A program made the position numbers and the translations under genes. From Candidatus Cloacimonadales bacterium (lineage in GTDB: Bacteria > Cloacimonadota > Cloacimonadia > Cloacimonadales > JAFGVF01): a DNA stretch of 64,000 nucleotides. Shown piece by piece: positions 40,472-51,100 of the stretch. Under the pieces are notes generated by a model, which was not told the origin of the DNA, searched no databases, and saw only the letters and a program-made list of their open reading frames with translations. Location of the stretch: the NCBI GenBank assembly GCA_963662585.1, contig OY759729.1, forward strand, positions 1,184,001 to 1,248,000, in the 5' to 3' direction. Positions within the stretch are counted from its first letter, which is position 1. Every line of letters starts with the position of its first letter.

Positions 40472-42562
40472 TTATTTCTTTATTTCCACCACAATTTTAT
40501 CTAAGTCCGCAATTTTTATAAATATATTTTTAATATAGAAAAGTAAATTCAGACGGTTTTGTTTAGTTTCAGCTTCCTCAACATTCACCATAACATTATC
40601 AAAGAAGTTATCAATAAGTGAACGGGCTGAGACTAAAATTTGCATTGTCTCTTCATAATTTTGCTTGATAAGAAGCTCTATTACTTTAGCTTCATTTTCT
40701 TTAAAATAATCGTAAAGAGCTTTTTCATTGGCATCAATTAAGAGAGAGCTATCCACATCTGTAAAATTATCTTCTTTAGTAAGAATGTTAGATACTCTTT
40801 TATAGCCAAGAACTAATCCTTCAAAATCAGCACTACCCTTAAATTTTTGGATTGCTAAAGCTCTTTTTTTAATTTCAGCAATATCAGTAAATTCATAATC
40901 AATTACACTATCAATAACATCATAAGCAATCTTTTCTTCTTCTAGTAACCACTTGATTCTTTGTTGGAAGAAGTTATGAATGATTTCTCTATTATGATTT
41001 TCTTCTTTAAGTTTATCTTTAAGCTGGACTAATGCTATATCTATTAATTCAAAGATATCAAGTTTCCAGCCTCTATCATCTAATATTTTCACTATCCCGT
41101 TAGCTGCTCTTCTCAAAGCAAAGGGATCATTTGAACCTGTAGGAATTAAATCAACTCCGATAATACCACAAACTGTATCTAATTTATCTACTATTGCTGC
41201 TATTGCTCCGGTTTCACTTGTTGGCAAGCCATCATTCTGTCCGCGGGGCATATAATGTTCATAGATTCCTAAAGCTACTGCTTCAGCTTCTCCAGAGAGA
41301 AGGGCATACTTCATTCCTATATAACCTTGTAGTTTGGTGAATTCTTTCTCACCTAACATTAAGGAAACTAAATCAGCCTTAGCTAATAATATAGTTCTGA
41401 GAATATCTTTGCTATTTGATAACTGTAATTTATCAATAATAAATTTCCCAATATTAAGGCTTCTCTCTACTTTTTCATAAGTTGAGCCTAAATCTGCTTG
41501 GAAGGTTACTTCTTTAAGTTTCTCAACAAAACTGTCAAATTTATGTTTAGTATCTTCTTTGAAGAAGAATTCTGCATCTTCTAGTCTTGCCTTAATTACC
41601 TTTTCATTGCCCTTTCTAATAATATCTGAGAATTGAGGATTACCATTAGAAATAAAGACAAATTCATTGCTAAGACTACCATCACTGTTAACAACTGAGA
41701 AGTACTTTTGATTTTGACTAATAGTTGAGGTGATGATCTTATCTGGTAAACTTAAATATTTCTCTTCAAAATAACCAATTACAGCTGTTGGATACTCTAC
41801 TAAATCCACTACTAATTCTAGTAAGCGATTATCTTCTATAATTTTTTTATCACTATCTTTATATAGATCTTCTAATTGTTCTTTAATAATCTCGACTCTT
41901 CTCTCTCTATTGGCAATAACTGAAATTGCTTCTAGAGTCTTTAAATATTCTTTAGGTTCTTTTACTTCTCCACTAATATCTACATCAAGATATCGATTAC
42001 CAACAACTTTATTATTTGCTTTTAAATTGTTGTAGGTAAAAGGTAAAATCTCTGAATCTAACATTAAAATTATATTTCTGATGGGTCTGGCAAAAGTAAT
42101 TTTATTACTGCCCCATTTCATAGATTTTGGCGAAGGAAGATTAGTTAATAAATCAGCTAGGAATCCCGTGATAATCTCACCAACTGCCTTTCCTTTTAAC
42201 TCTTTCTTACAAGCTATATAATCACCTTTGGGAGTTTTTTTTACATAAGACTCCTCTTGACTACAACCAGCTCCTCTCAGAAAACCTTGTCCTGCTTTCG
42301 TTAAAGAACCATCTTCATTCAAAGCAATACGAGTAGCAGGTCCCATCTTTTCTACTATTTCATCTTGCTGTTCAATTTCTAAATCATTTATCAAAATAGC
42401 AAAACGCTTAGGACTTGTATAACTTTCTAATTTGCTAAAGTTCAACTTTGCTTGTTTTAATTCACTTTCAAATCTATTTATAATATTCTTTTCTATGTTA
42501 GCAATATATCCTGCTGGTATCTCTTCGACACTTAATTCAAATAAGAAATCTTTGGTTAGCAT
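40472..42562 (-). CDS. glyS: Glycyl-tRNA synthetase beta subunit
   Basis: EEIPA, KSMKWG..FARP, LVEYP, EF..LQG..G..YA, PTGSNDPFALRR and NRLNLL motifs. Confidence 0.96.
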   Translation of the reverse strand: MLTKDFLFELSVEEIPAGYIANIEKNIINRFESELKQAKLNFSKLESYTSPKRFAILINDLEIEQQDEIVEKMGPATRIALNEDGSLTKAGQGFLRGAGCSQEESYVKKTPKGDYIACKKELKGKAVGEIITGFLADLLTNLPSPKSMKWGSNKITFARPIRNIILMLDSEILPFTYNNLKANNKVVGNRYLDVDISGEVKEPKEYLKTLEAISVIANRERRVEIIKEQLEDLYKDSDKKIIEDNRLLELVVDLVEYPTAVIGYFEEKYLSLPDKIITSTISQNQKYFSVVNSDGSLSNEFVFISNGNPQFSDIIRKGNEKVIKARLEDAEFFFKEDTKHKFDSFVEKLKEVTFQADLGSTYEKVERSLNIGKFIIDKLQLSNSKDILRTILLAKADLVSLMLGEKEFTKLQGYIGMKYALLSGEAEAVALGIYEHYMPRGQNDGLPTSETGAIAAIVDKLDTVCGIIGVDLIPTGSNDPFALRRAANGIVKILDDRGWKLDIFELIDIALVQLKDKLKEENHNREIIHNFFQQRIKWLLEEEKIAYDVIDSVIDYEFTDIAEIKKRALAIQKFKGSADFEGLVLGYKRVSNILTKEDNFTDVDSSLLIDANEKALYDYFKENEAKVIELLIKQNYEETMQILVSARSLIDNFFDNVMVNVEEAETKQNRLNLLFYIKNIFIKIADLDKIVVEIKK

Positions 42563-42601
42563 TAATTTTCTCCGAATTTTTTATAACTTATCTATATTTA
42601 A

Positions 42602-43582
42602 TTAAAATTGATATTTTAAAGTAACTTGATTAACAAATCCTAAATCACCATAAGAGTTAAGAGCATAATCTATCATTAAATTATTTCTAACAAATCCTAC
42701 TCCTGTGGAAAATCCTGAGAATATCTCATTATTTCCCCCATTCTTATAATCTCCAGCGCTTGTTTTATAACCTGCTCTCAATAAAAACTGTTCATGTACT
42801 TGAAATTCAGTTCCAATTAAACCTACTAAATCAGAACCTTTAGGAAGTGATAAATCTAAAGAGACTAGCATTGAAGGTGTAAAATCAGCTTCATTATCTC
42901 TTCCTTTCAAATCAGTACGATAAGAGATTCCTCCAGCATAAACAATAGGCATTCCTTCATTATTTTCAGAATCTGTAAAATAACTTACTTGAGTACCTAA
43001 ATTACGAATACTAGCCCCAACTCTTATCTTTTCATTAACTGGTCGGTGTAAAATACCTATATCAAAAGCTAGTGCAGAAGCGCTTTTATCATCAATAGTC
43101 TCTTGAATAAATTTTCCTGTGACACCAATGTTTAACTCCTCATTAAAGTAATAAGAGTAAGTTCCACCCATTATAAAATCTGAGTTATCAAATGTCCCTG
43201 CTTCTAAGTAACCACCGTTATCGCCACTAATAGTTCTTTGAATCTCATCACTTGCTAAAAACTGACCAAACAAGGCAACATTTGAATTTTGTCCTCTCTT
43301 ATATTGATAAACTACTGAGCCACCATTATAGCCATCAAAATAGTTCATATAAGTAGAAGAGACTTCTCGGTTCACATCATATCCCCCGAGATTAGCAGGA
43401 TTAAAGAAAATCACATCAATATCATCATCTAAAGAAGAAAAAGCTCCAGCCATAGCATTTGCTCTTGCTGAATAGATAATTTTTAAACTACTAAATCCAC
43501 TAGTTCCAGCATCATCACTTATTGCTACAAGAGGTAGGCTAAGTATTATCAGCCCCAAAATCAGAATTAAATTTTTATTCAT
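42602..43582 (-). CDS. Second PorV/PorQ (UPF0164)-family beta-barrel
   Basis: SARANAMAGAF....DD.DVIFFNPANL; DYA..YGDLG; terminal Phe. Confidence 0.82.
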   Translation of the reverse strand: MNKNLILILGLIILSLPLVAISDDAGTSGFSSLKIIYSARANAMAGAFSSLDDDIDVIFFNPANLGGYDVNREVSSTYMNYFDGYNGGSVVYQYKRGQNSNVALFGQFLASDEIQRTISGDNGGYLEAGTFDNSDFIMGGTYSYYFNEELNIGVTGKFIQETIDDKSASALAFDIGILHRPVNEKIRVGASIRNLGTQVSYFTDSENNEGMPIVYAGGISYRTDLKGRDNEADFTPSMLVSLDLSLPKGSDLVGLIGTEFQVHEQFLLRAGYKTSAGDYKNGGNNEIFSGFSTGVGFVRNNLMIDYALNSYGDLGFVNQVTLKYQF

Positions 43583-44021
43583 TTATCACTTCTCTTATCT
43601 GTTCTAAAAGTTCTTGTTCACTCTTGGCATCTAATAGCAGTTTGCGATTAGATTCATCTCTCACAAAAGTTGTTACTTTAGATAACAAAGCCATATATTC
43701 TTTATCTTTCCCTAGTGGCACGGCAAACATAAAAAGTATCTTAACCAGTTCTCCATCTAAAGCATCATATTCCACTCCTTCAGGTATTATAGCCAACAAA
43801 AGTTTAGTCTCTTTTACACAGCTACATTTCCCATGAGGAATGGCTACACTACGCCCAATTCCTGTAGAAAAGCTCTCTTCCCTCTCCCAAATTGCTTGAA
43901 AGAATTCCGAAGCAGAATCTACTTGTCCTGCCTTTGCAAGCTTCTCACACAAGTGTTCTAGAAGCTCTCGCTTTTCCCTACTCTTTATATTTAAAAATAT
44001 TAATTTTTCTTCTATATACAT
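43575..44021 (-). CDS. PTS EIIA (Fru/Ntr-type) domain protein
   Basis: ERE..FSTGIG..VAIPHG motif; ATG at 44021 after AAGGA is more likely than TTG at 44069. Confidence 0.88.
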   Translation of the reverse strand: MYIEEKLIFLNIKSREKRELLEHLCEKLAKAGQVDSASEFFQAIWEREESFSTGIGRSVAIPHGKCSCVKETKLLLAIIPEGVEYDALDGELVKILFMFAVPLGKDKEYMALLSKVTTFVRDESNRKLLLDAKSEQELLEQIREVINE

Positions 44022-44400
44022 GATACTATTCCTTAATAACATTTTTTCTAATAATAATGCAATCGTCAATAAAATTCTTTTTTCTTTAGTTTTAATAGCT
44101 GTTTAATAAGAAATATTGCTTCTTTAACCTAGTAGATGATGTCCAAGACTTTGATGAAGTTTGCAGATTCTTATTTCCCCCTTCATTACTAGCAATATTT
44201 GTTAGAGGGCAAGAAAAGAAGCAGGTGGGGTGTTTATAATATTCTTTTCAAATTCTTCAAGAATATATATTTTAGAAGATTAGGGAAATTACTTTAGCAA
44301 GAGAATTTGTCCAATCCTAAATAATTTAACCGCTTTTTTAGTAATTATTATTTTCTCTATTAAAGCCTTTGAGTCTAAGCTAAGGCTTAGCCTTCACAAG

Positions 44401-44514
44401 ACAGGGTAATTATTGTTACTACTCTTTACCTAGGGTCAATTCAACTTCTTTTTTTCAAAACTTCTTTGAATGAGACACTGGACTGATCTATTTAATCCCC
44501 TAGTGATATTTTCT
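44401..44514. repeat. Degenerate copy of the palindromic element at 62034-62140 (family D)
   Basis: Shares acagggt, tacc(t/c)agggtcaatt and aatgagac.ctgg.ct.atctattt.atccc.t.gtgatat.ttct blocks in the same order. Confidence 0.7.
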
Positions 44515-44829
44515 ATATTCACCTGGCTAGTCCTAGCTTATGCTAAGACACCTGAAGATTTGATTTGTGTGAAAGTTTAGTGCTATTGGCAAAGCTCTAC
44601 TGCCTAAAATCTCCTTTCATGAGGAGTGTATTTATTAAATAAAGGGATTTCCTTGAAGATGATTTGAGATTCCCAAGATGTAATATTTCTTTAAAAGGAG
44701 AATTATATATGCCCCTGTAAATCCAGTATAAGTAGAATAGAAAGCTTTTAATTTATCTAAAATGTGGTTAAATTATTTAGGAATGATCTTCTAAGTAATC
44801 CTTCATAACCCATCTTTAGCTCTTTTAAT

Positions 44830-46509
44830 TTAATCCATCTCCTCAAATATGATATCGAATTTAGCATCTTTCTCTTTTTTCAAGATATCATTATAGATTG
44901 GTAGTTTTATTTTCTCGATAACTTTCTCCATAGCATCAGCTTTCATATAAACTAGGATTAAGATTAGTGAATCATCGCCCCAGCGACCGATTTCATCTTG
45001 ATTACGAGTATAAAACATTACTAGTTTAGAGATATCAGAGAGAATCCTGTCTATTAAGTCTTGAGGAACTTGGCGATCAGCAAGAAGTTTTATTTTGAGT
45101 GTAGTCATTTCAGACCCATTTTGAGAATGGAATTTTTTTTGCTTTTCGATAGCTTCCATTATTTTTTCTTTAGGGATAACCCCAAAAAAGTTATCAATTT
45201 CCTTATACTCTTCTACTAAGTGAGATAGATTATCCACTTTTTCTTTTAATTTAACAACCTCTTGATTAACTTTTTTAAGCATAATCTCTTCTCTAACCTT
45301 TTGTTGGCTCTCAAATTTTGCTTCTAGTTCTAAGAGTGCTTTATCCTGTTTTTCCTGGATCATTAAATCTATATAATTATTAGATTTAACCAAGGTTGCA
45401 TAAGCTTTATCATAGTGATTCTGTTTTTCATAAATAGTAGATAAAGATTGAAGGATTTTATATTTAAGTGAATTAACGGAATCTTCAGTAGCAATATCTT
45501 CCAAAGCTCTTATGAAGAGAGTTTCAGCTTGGTCATACCTCTGGTTCAATTCCTGGCTTCCACCATAGAGATAATTAAATTTTGCTTTAAAAACATTAAA
45601 GTCAGTATCTTGAAGGAGTTCAATACTTCTTTCACAAACTTCTGTTAATTTTCCACATTCTTTTAATTTATTATATGTCAAGGCAAGTTCATACATTATT
45701 CTAATTCTATTATAACTTTTTTTATTAGTTTCCTGTTCAAGGTAGTTAAGAGCATCATTGTAAAAAGGAATAGCCTGAGAATACTTGCCATTCTTTCTGT
45801 ATAGTTTACCTATGAGGGCATGAGCTTGAGACTTTATCTCTAAATCATTAGTTCTTAAAGCAATCTCTACCGCTTTATTAAAATACTTTAAAGCTCTCTC
45901 AAAATTACCAATATCAACAAACATCTTTCCTATATTAAGATTAGTATGGCATAGCTTATGATTAAGTTCATTTTTTTCTTGGAGTTCTAAAGCTCTAAAA
46001 TAAGCGCTCATACTCAAAGCATAACTTTTGCATTTTCTGTAACCTGTTCCCAAAGAATTGTTAATATCACTTTGAAGCTCTTCAATTTCCTTGATATCAT
46101 GACCTTTAACTTTCTCCAGAAAATCTAAGGATAATTTTAAAAAAGAGATGGCATTATTATAATCACCAATTTTAGTATAGGTTTCCCCTACATTGCGAGT
46201 GGCAATTACTAAATCATACTCCCTATTATTCTGTTTGAAAATTCCACAAGAGAGTCTAAACATATTTAACGCACTCTTATAATCTAGTTTATTCCAAAAA
46301 TGGACTCCTAATTCAATTAAAAGTGCTCCCTCTTCCTGGGGTAACTGCAAATCACTAGCTAATTTAATCGCTCTATTTAGATATTTCTCTACTTGTGAAT
46401 CTTTCTCTTCTTGAATCAAATAATTGATATAGAGTTTTAGGTCATTAAAGGTTTCAACATTCTGCTCACCAGTATTAATTCTTGCTTCAATTTCTTTAAT
46501 ATTCATCAT
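44830..46509 (-). CDS. TPR-repeat protein with C-terminal degenerate GGDEF-like domain
   Basis: Multiple TPRs, coiled coil ELEAKFE, then D.IL..IS...TR.QDEIGRWGDDSLILIL. Confidence 0.75.
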   Translation of the reverse strand: MMNIKEIEARINTGEQNVETFNDLKLYINYLIQEEKDSQVEKYLNRAIKLASDLQLPQEEGALLIELGVHFWNKLDYKSALNMFRLSCGIFKQNNREYDLVIATRNVGETYTKIGDYNNAISFLKLSLDFLEKVKGHDIKEIEELQSDINNSLGTGYRKCKSYALSMSAYFRALELQEKNELNHKLCHTNLNIGKMFVDIGNFERALKYFNKAVEIALRTNDLEIKSQAHALIGKLYRKNGKYSQAIPFYNDALNYLEQETNKKSYNRIRIMYELALTYNKLKECGKLTEVCERSIELLQDTDFNVFKAKFNYLYGGSQELNQRYDQAETLFIRALEDIATEDSVNSLKYKILQSLSTIYEKQNHYDKAYATLVKSNNYIDLMIQEKQDKALLELEAKFESQQKVREEIMLKKVNQEVVKLKEKVDNLSHLVEEYKEIDNFFGVIPKEKIMEAIEKQKKFHSQNGSEMTTLKIKLLADRQVPQDLIDRILSDISKLVMFYTRNQDEIGRWGDDSLILILVYMKADAMEKVIEKIKLPIYNDILKKEKDAKFDIIFEEMD

Positions 46510-47162
46510 TTTACCATGGCTTTAAGTTGATTAATTAATTTGCTTATTCCATTATATACTTTGCTTAACGATGCTTCGTTCATAAAAGCAGGTGTGGAAA
46601 TTATGAGACTATTTTCATCTATAACTATTTCATCAGAGTCAATTAAAACTACTTCAGCTTGAGAGAATTTTATTAACTTCTTAGATTCAGGATTCAATCC
46701 TGTAGTAATTTTTATTTTCTTATCTTTAAACAATATAGCTAATATGGAAGGATATATACAAATCGCACCTATAGGTTTTTGGGCTTTATAGAAGGCTAAA
46801 ATCACTTTAGCTATGTCAGCTTTCACTTCCCATTCCCCATTCTCAGCAGGGAAATTTGTGTTATTCTTCAAGGCTCCATAGCCTCCTGGTAAAACTAAAG
46901 CTGAGTAATTTCCAATATCAAATTCCTCTAAAGGTCTTACAATACCTTGAGTTATTCGGGAAGATTCTTCTAAAATGTTTCTTTTAGGAGATATTTCTTC
47001 CCCAGTTAGGTAATTAAGTGTATCGTATTGCTCCCTATTTGGAGCAAAAATATCATATTCTATTCCCTGTTGAGACAAAGATAAAAAACTAAACACAGCT
47101 TCATTAATCTCTGTTCCATCGCGATGACCGCAACCAGATAACAATACACAGTACTTTTTCAT
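46506..47162 (-). CDS. elbB: ElbB/ES1 (DJ-1/PfpI superfamily) glyoxalase
   Basis: LSGCG.RDGTEI.E, LPGGYGA.KN, KPIGAICI.P and STPAFM motifs. Confidence 0.9.
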   Translation of the reverse strand: MKKYCVLLSGCGHRDGTEINEAVFSFLSLSQQGIEYDIFAPNREQYDTLNYLTGEEISPKRNILEESSRITQGIVRPLEEFDIGNYSALVLPGGYGALKNNTNFPAENGEWEVKADIAKVILAFYKAQKPIGAICIYPSILAILFKDKKIKITTGLNPESKKLIKFSQAEVVLIDSDEIVIDENSLIISTPAFMNEASLSKVYNGISKLINQLKAMVK

Positions 47163-47193
47163 AATCTTCTCTCCATTTTCTTAGCTATAAACA

Positions 47194-47222
47194 ATATTAT
47201 AGATTGCGGTTAGAACTGTCAA
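47194..47222 (-). promoter_or_regulatory. sigma70-type promoter for elbB
   Basis: TTGACA followed by TATAATAT at 15-17 nt spacing. Confidence 0.5.
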
Positions 47223-47599
47223 CAAAGAATTTTTTTTAGTATAAAATTAAGCTCAAACAAAGGTCTAGTAATTATTCTCTTCTTAACTCTTTATGCACTT
47301 TCATTCCTCCCTTATTGACAACTTGTAAAAAAAACGAATAATATTTGTGCTGAGTGAAATGGAGCAATTAAGGTGTATTAAATAAGCGGGGGAAATAGAA
47401 GCCATAAAAGTGCTAAGGTGCCAAATAATTTGACTGATATTTAGCACTTATCTCTAGTCAGCTACACTAACAAGCATTTCTTAGAGGGAAAGCCTAAAAG
47501 ATTCTTGAGAACACTCCCAATTGAATGCCCTCATTCTAAGATTTAGTTCACCCCTCATCTGATTTCCCTTAAAAGTTTTTATCATAATTCTTAATCGAC

Positions 47600-47649
47600 T
47601 TGTATTATTATCGCACACTTTTAAGTAATTGTATGATTTTAGAACACTT
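47600..47649. promoter_or_regulatory. Tandem putative enhancer (UAS) sites for a sigma54 activator
   Basis: ttgtattattatcgcacactt and ttgtatgattttagaacactt: two TGT-N11-ACA sites 29 bp apart, about 95-140 bp upstream of the predicted start site. Confidence 0.55.
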
Positions 47650-47715
47650 CATTTTATATTACCATTTTCTGCTATTTCCTTTTTAGTCAGTATGTTAGTA
47701 GTAGTTAATTATAAA

Positions 47716-47731
47716 TGGTCTCAGTATTGCT
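47716..47731 (+). promoter_or_regulatory. sigma54 (-24/-12) promoter
   Basis: TGGTCTCAGTATTGCT: GG-N10-GC, about 36 bp before the ATG at 47768. Confidence 0.65.
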
Positions 47732-47767
47732 TATATAAAGGTAAATTTTAAAACAGAGGATTAAGCA

Positions 47768-48121
47768 ATGAGTAAAATTCTAATATTAGGAAGAGAGAGT
47801 AGATTGAGAGAAGAGATAGAAAATTATCTATTAAGCAATGGATATAGTACTACTTCTACGACACCTAGTAATCTAGATTTTTCAAATGAGTATATTAAGC
47901 ACTACTCACATTGCATAATAATACATGAATTCCCTGTTTTTCGTAACTTTGAAACCTTGGAGAGAATAATGAAACTAACTTGTAGCAAGGTGATAATTAT
48001 CACTTCAGATTACTCTTTGAAATTTAAGCAAGAGATTACTAAGTGTGGAAATGCCCAAGTAATCTATAGACCTTTTTTACCACAGCAATTAATTGCTAAT
48101 TTAACACCAGACAAACACTAA
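47768..48121 (+). CDS. Degenerate single-domain response-regulator receiver-like protein
   Basis: REC-like pattern (KILILG, KVIIITS, IYRPF); 117 aa; lacks the acidic pocket, phospho-Asp and Lys; RBS GAGGA. Confidence 0.65.
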   Translation: MSKILILGRESRLREEIENYLLSNGYSTTSTTPSNLDFSNEYIKHYSHCIIIHEFPVFRNFETLERIMKLTCSKVIIITSDYSLKFKQEITKCGNAQVIYRPFLPQQLIANLTPDKH

Positions 48122-48135
48122 GATTGGGAGGAAAA

Positions 48136-51100
48136 ATGCGAAAATCATGTTTGTTAATCGTTTTTTTGTTACTTATAAACTTAGTAAGTGCTATTCAGTC
48201 CGCACCTGAAACATTTACTTATGGTTATCAGTCAAGCTGGGAAAATTATGAAAACCAGATTTCTCTAAACTGGGAATATAATGCTCCAGACAATTATGAA
48301 ATTGAAGAATATGAATTGAATCGGAATGATTGGTCTTCCCCTCAAATAGTAGAGGATATGGGGTGGGGATACTATCAAGACAGTGATATAACTATCGGAG
48401 ATGTATATACTTATTCTTTAAGAGTTTTTCTCACTTCGACCATCGATGCAAGTAGAGATTCTACAGATTATGCTTATCTTACAGCAGATACTGATGAAAT
48501 ATCTGATTTGTTAGACCCACCAACTAATCTGTCCTTAGCTTCTGCTTTTGACTGGGAAAATAACAAAATTCCAGTAATTTACTGGGACTATACTCCTCCA
48601 GAAGGTTACTCTGTTGAGTCTTTCTATCTTCAAAGAAATGATGAAGAAATGCCTCAAATGGTACATCTTTATGAATCACCTTGGTATTATGAAGATTATA
48701 ATACAGAAGAGGGTCAAAGCTATTCTTATACTATCAAAGCTATGATTGCTAACCATAACATTATGTATAATCTAATGACTGAAGTATCAGTTACTTTTGA
48801 AATTGATACAAGTGATTTACCTTTAGCCAATATTACTTATAATGGTTGGGCTCCTGGTGAATATAATAGTATTACTCCTCTTGAGTTGAGCACTGCTGAA
48901 ACTGGGGTTGATATATATTACACACTTGATGGAAGTGAACCTACTACAGGCAGTAATCTCTATGCAAGTCCAATTACTATTCCTTGGGGAGGAGAAGTTA
49001 CTTTGAAAGCCAGAGGATTCAAAACAGGTGAAAGTCCTTCAAGTATTCTCAGTTTAACCTATACCCTATCAGGATATGTAACATCTTTAAACCCAATAGA
49101 TGAGTCTATCAATGTTAATTCTGATTACCCAATATTTTCTTGGGATTATATGGAATCAGTATCAGGTTATTATTTAACAATTGGAACAAGTACTGGAGGG
49201 AATGATGTCTTAGATAATTTCTTTTTTGATGATAACAGCGATGGTTTCAGTTATTCTTCATCAAATAGGTTTATTCCTGCTCTAAATTTAGAAAGAGGAA
49301 CAGAATATTTCTGGACATTGACAACTGTGCAAGCAGGGACTGGAATTACAATAGATAATCCTGAATTCACTTTTACGAGTTCAGGAAGTAATGCCATAAA
49401 TACATTCCCATATCAGGAAGGTTTTGAAACTACAACAAGTGGTTTATTGCCAGCTGGTTGGGCTGATATTAATCTTGGTTATACTTATCACTGGAGTGTA
49501 AGCAATTGGAATGCTCATTCGGGAAACAATAGTATGCAGATTTATCTTAGTGGGCAAGATGATTGGTTATTTTCACCTCCAATAGAGATGAGTCAAGGAA
49601 AACAATATGAGATAAATTTCCAGGCAAAGAGTAATCAATTTACAAGTCATTCTTGGTATCTTGTTTCTAACACTGGATTACCAAGTGAAGATAATATTTC
49701 TATTGTTGCAGCATTCCCTGATTTTACTGCTAATACTAGCTATAGAAATATCTCAGCAGTTTATGATTCTTATGAAGATCAAACCTTATTTTTAGCTTTT
49801 AAACCAATTTCAGCTTTTTATACTTATCTCTTTGTGGATGATTTAACAATCTCGCAAGATTATTTAGCTATCGAAAGTCCTGAAATTGCATATGATGAGA
49901 ATATTTGGCAAGATAATCCATTTACTTTGACCTTATCTCATCCGCGAGATAACACTCAAATCTTCTATTACATTGCAGATCAAGGGAATCAACCTTATGA
50001 TTATACAAATAACTTTGAAGAAGATAAACTTCTTTATTCAGAAGCTGTTAATGTAGCTATAGGAGGAAGCTTAAAGGTATATACTCAAGCCTTAAATGCT
50101 GAATGGGACCCATCACCTATTGAAGAATATGATTTATTAGTAAAACCTATTCTCGAAGCCCCTAGCTTCTTGACACCAGGAGGTACTTACAATGAAGCTT
50201 TATCAATTGAATTATTCTCTGAAATAGAAGATGTAGAAATATACTACACTATTGACGGTTCAGATCCAATTATGAGTGCTAGTAAAGTCCTCTATACAGA
50301 AGGAAATCCTATTGAAATAGCCTTAAATCAAACTATCTCAATTAAGGCCTACAGCGAAAAAGAAAACTTTATGCCTTCTGTAGTTGTCTCTGAAACATAC
50401 TCTACTTTACCTAAATTAGATTTAGTAACTTTCTCACCTGAAGCAGGAAACTACACAAGTGAGCAAAATATCAGTCTTAGCAATGTTGAAGGAGCAAGTA
50501 TCTACTTCACCTTAGATGGTTCTGAGCCAAATGAAGAATCTTCATTATACTCTGAAGCTATCTTGTTACTTGAGCATACTGTAACTACCATCAAAGCAAT
50601 TGCTTATAAAGAGGGATATGAAGAGAGTGATGTTCTTGAAGCGACTTATACTATTACAGGACAGGTTGCCACTCCTTCTCCAAGTCTTGAGTCTGGCATC
50701 TACTCTTCTCCTATCGAAATTACTCTTGCTACTTCAACAGAAGATAGTGAGATTAGATATACCTTGGATAACACTATTCCAACTGAAGCCAGTAGTCTTT
50801 ATGATGGTACTCCTATTTTAGTTGATAACTTCTCTTCTTTAACTATAAAAGCTATTGCTATCAAAGAGAACTGGGCTAATTCCGAAGTTATGCAAGCTAA
50901 TTTTGAAGTAACAGGTCAGTTATCACAAGTTGTTTTTAGTCATGATTCAGGAGATTATGAAGGAACTCTTAATTTAACTTTATCTGTGCCAGATTATCCT
51001 ACTGCATCTATTTATTATACTACTAACAATACAGCTCCTACAAGTGAAAGTAATCTTTATGAAGGTCAGATAGTCTTAAATTCTCCTTCTGAAGTTACTA

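Noticed and set aside
44070..44829. Hidden gene or pseudogene in the long gap
   Set aside because: No ORF of 60 aa or more and no recognisable protein remnants; only the decayed repeat was found
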